From Fibrobacterota bacterium (GTDB lineage Bacteria > Fibrobacterota > Fibrobacteria > UBA11236), in assembly GCA_043753995.1 (NCBI GenBank), contig JAYUVP010000055.1, positions 1-17,124 of the forward strand: DNA of 17,124 bases, written 5' to 3'. Shown piece after piece: positions 15,058 to 17,124 of this stretch. The translations under genes were made by a program, and so were the position numbers. Positions within the stretch are counted from its first letter, which is position 1, and each line of letters begins with the position of its first letter. The notes under the pieces are model-generated. The model was not told the origin of the DNA and did not search any database. It saw only the letters and a list, made by a program, of their open reading frames with translations.

Positions 15058-16089
15058 ATGCAAAAAGTACTTGGTTTGGTCGCCATTGCCTTGGCGGTGC
15101 GCGTCCTGATGGAAGGCCTGCTCATCGCCTTGCTCGCACGCGATCGCAAGCATCACCCCACCGCCGGCCAAGCCGCGGCCATAGCCCTCCGACCTGCGCC
15201 CGCCAGCATTTCCAAGCTCATTCGCACCTTGGCCGGCGAAGCCGCAGTAACTGCGGTGATACTCTGGATCATCGCCCTTCCATGGCCCATGGCCGGACTT
15301 TCCTTTTCGCTCGGTGAAATCAATACCGAAGGCCTCACCCCGCTCGCCCTCCTAGGCTGGCTTTTCAGCTTTGTCCTCGGCGGCCTTGCTTTCACCCTCT
15401 GGGAAGCCCGCCACCTATGGAGCACCGCCCCCTGGTCGCCCAACTTTCCGGAACTCGAAACCCATGGCCCCATCCTGGCCCGAGCCGCCAAAACCAGTTT
15501 CCGTCTGCGCCGCCAACCCTATGCGCGCCACCGTCGTCTGCCGCGCCCCGCTCCCAATGCCCGGCTCGTCTCCTTGCCCGGATATTCCGCCATCGTCGTC
15601 GATCGCGAACTCGTTGCCCGCCATTCCCCCGAAGAGCTCGAAGCCATACTCGTGCATGAAATGGGCCATGCCCAACTCGGGCAGGGGAGAGCCCTTTACT
15701 GGAGAAACCTCTTTTTCTGGGGTGCTGTCGCCTCCGGGCTGCTCCACCTTATAGACTTTATCCCGGCCATTCTCCTGGTCATCCTTAGCCTAAAACAGGT
15801 CTTCACCCTTTCCCAACCGCTTCGTCATGCCTTTGCTTGGAAGCGTGAATTTGCCGCCGACCAATGGGCCATAGACCAATTAAAAGGCCCTTCCGGACTC
15901 AAATTGGCGCTGGAGCGCACCACGGCCACGGCCCCACTTGATGCCGTATCCTGGCCTGCCGGCCTCCCTTCGAAAATCTGGGCCTTATGGACTTTCAACC
16001 ATCCTCCCCTGGATTTGCGCATAAGAACCTGGGAGTGGAATACCCTCGCTCGTGCAGTTCGTTCCAAGACAGCCTTGATCGCTCATTGA
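15058..16089 (+). CDS. M48-family (HtpX/Ste24-like) membrane zinc metallopeptidase
   Basis: Several TM segments; PNA, EELEAILVHEMGH (HExxH), REFAAD (third Zn ligand) and HPPLDLRI. Confidence 0.88.
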   Translation: MQKVLGLVAIALAVRVLMEGLLIALLARDRKHHPTAGQAAAIALRPAPASISKLIRTLAGEAAVTAVILWIIALPWPMAGLSFSLGEINTEGLTPLALLGWLFSFVLGGLAFTLWEARHLWSTAPWSPNFPELETHGPILARAAKTSFRLRRQPYARHRRLPRPAPNARLVSLPGYSAIVVDRELVARHSPEELEAILVHEMGHAQLGQGRALYWRNLFFWGAVASGLLHLIDFIPAILLVILSLKQVFTLSQPLRHAFAWKREFAADQWAIDQLKGPSGLKLALERTTATAPLDAVSWPAGLPSKIWALWTFNHPPLDLRIRTWEWNTLARAVRSKTALIAH

Positions 16090-16104
16090 CCTAGTTGCTA
16101 CCTT
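16075..16104 (+). promoter_or_regulatory. Putative promoter of the tRNA cluster
   Basis: TTGATC (16075-16080), 18-nt spacer, then extended -10 TG-C-TACCTT (16096-16104). Confidence 0.45.
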
Positions 16105-16182
16105 TACCCCTCCTCCCGCCTGACTTTCGAGCCAGGCAGGAGATTTGGGAAAAGCAAGGAAGAACTTTTTAGCGGAGATCAA

Positions 16183-16258
16183 GCCAACGTAGCTCAGCTG
16201 GTAGAGCAGCTGATTTGTAATCAGCTGGTCGCGGGTTCGACTCCTGTCGTTGGCTCCA
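16183..16258 (+). tRNA. tRNA-Thr(UGU)
   Basis: Cloverleaf with acceptor stem GCCAACG/CGTTGGC, anticodon arm GCTGA-TTTGTAA-TCAGC, TTCGA T-loop and encoded CCA. Confidence 0.97.
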
Positions 16259-16329
16259 CCTTCCTCGCTGATTGCGCTACCGAACTTGTTCGCTGAAAAC
16301 CGGTCTTTCCCAAGACGACATAAAGAAAT

Positions 16330-16411
16330 GGGTCGATGCCCGAGTGGTTAATGGGGGTGGACTGTAAATCCACTGGCTATGCCTACGGTGGTTCGAACCC
16401 ACCTCGGCCCA
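16330..16411 (+). tRNA. tRNA-Tyr(GUA), CCA not encoded
   Basis: Acceptor stem GGGTCGA/TCGGCCC, anticodon arm GTGGA-CTGTAAA-TCCAC, long variable arm, GGTGG-TTCGAAC-CCACC. Followed by A-TTT. Confidence 0.97.
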
Positions 16412-16458
16412 TTTCAAAAAACAAAGACGGGTTTCTCGCGAGAGAAGCCGGGTTCTGG

Positions 16459-16534
16459 GCGGGCTTAACTCAATTGGTAGAGTACCACTCTTCCAAAGTG
16501 GCTGTTGTCGGTTCGAGTCCGATAGCCCGCTCCA
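16459..16534 (+). tRNA. tRNA-Gly(UCC)
   Basis: Acceptor stem GCGGGCT/AGCCCGC, anticodon arm CCACT-CTTCCAA-AGTGG, TTCGA T-loop and encoded CCA. Confidence 0.97.
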
Positions 16535-16593
16535 GCCCGGCCTCGCAGGTTTAGAAAACCGGCGGGCCGACGAGTCGACATGCCAGAAATCTG

Positions 16594-16668
<75 letters not shown>

Positions 16669-16780
16669 TTTTCGGTTTGTCCGGCGGGCTTTCAGCGCAA
16701 GCGCGGTCCCGAGTCGAAAACCAAAACGCATAAGTAAGTGAAGTCCACCGAGTTAGGTGGAAAAAAGTCAAGCAAAAAGC

Positions 16781-16809
16781 ATGACGAGGGCGGGGAGCTT
16801 TGCTAAGTT
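16781..16809 (+). promoter_or_regulatory. Putative internal tuf promoter
   Basis: ATGACG-N17-TAAGTT with extended -10 TG, 42 nt upstream of the tuf ATG. Confidence 0.35.
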
Positions 16810-16851
16810 TCCCGTTCCCTTCCGGAAATAGCAACAGAGAACGAGGGTAGC

Positions 16852-17124
16852 ATGGGCAAGGCGAAGTTTGAGCGGACCAAGCCTCACGTAAATGTGGGCA
16901 CCATCGGTCACGTGGATCACGGCAAGACGTCGTTGACCGCAGCGATCACCACCATTTTGGCCAAGTCCGGCGGTGCCGTGGCAAAGTCCTATGGTGAAAT
17001 CGACAATGCTCCCGAAGAGCGCGAACGCGGCATTACCATCAATACCTCGCATGTCGAGTATGAGACGGTCAATCGCCATTACGCTCACGTCGATTGCCCC
17101 GGACATGCTGACTATGTCAAGAAC
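16852..17124 (+). CDS. tuf: Elongation factor Tu (5' partial, runs off the window)
   Basis: [26 protein letters not shown]...[31 protein letters not shown], in the canonical position after the Thr-Tyr-Gly-Thr tRNAs. Not listed in the ORF track because it has no stop. Confidence 0.99.
   Translation, partial: MGKAKFERTKPHVNVGTIGHVDHGKTSLTAAITTILAKSGGAVAKSYGEIDNAPEERERGITINTSHVEYETVNRHYAHVDCPGHADYVKN

Overview
Bacterial chromosomal window with no phage, intact transposase or CRISPR array. A Fibrobacterota/FCB-like origin is suggested only tentatively, from C-terminal sorting-like tails. From left to right it contains: a xylose-isomerase-like TIM-barrel gene (-); a highly structured non-coding region; a decayed alpha/beta-hydrolase pseudogene; a secreted BNR/YCF48-type beta-propeller protein; a small secreted YbjQ/RcsF-like protein; two palindromic non-coding elements; ftsY; a likely operon (lipoprotein, trxA, exported thioredoxin-fold protein, GT2 glycosyltransferase); a small outer-membrane-barrel-like gene; a tandem array of four divergent paralogous 8-Cys lipoproteins (-) downstream of the CCA-adding enzyme gene; a small lipoprotein; an M48 peptidase; and the tRNA-Thr-Tyr-Gly-Thr cluster followed by the 5' end of tuf. 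The most unusual parts are the lipoprotein array, which shows visible duplication and deletion scars and shared upstream motifs, and a family of structured intergenic elements at about 1230-1490 and 5134-5456.
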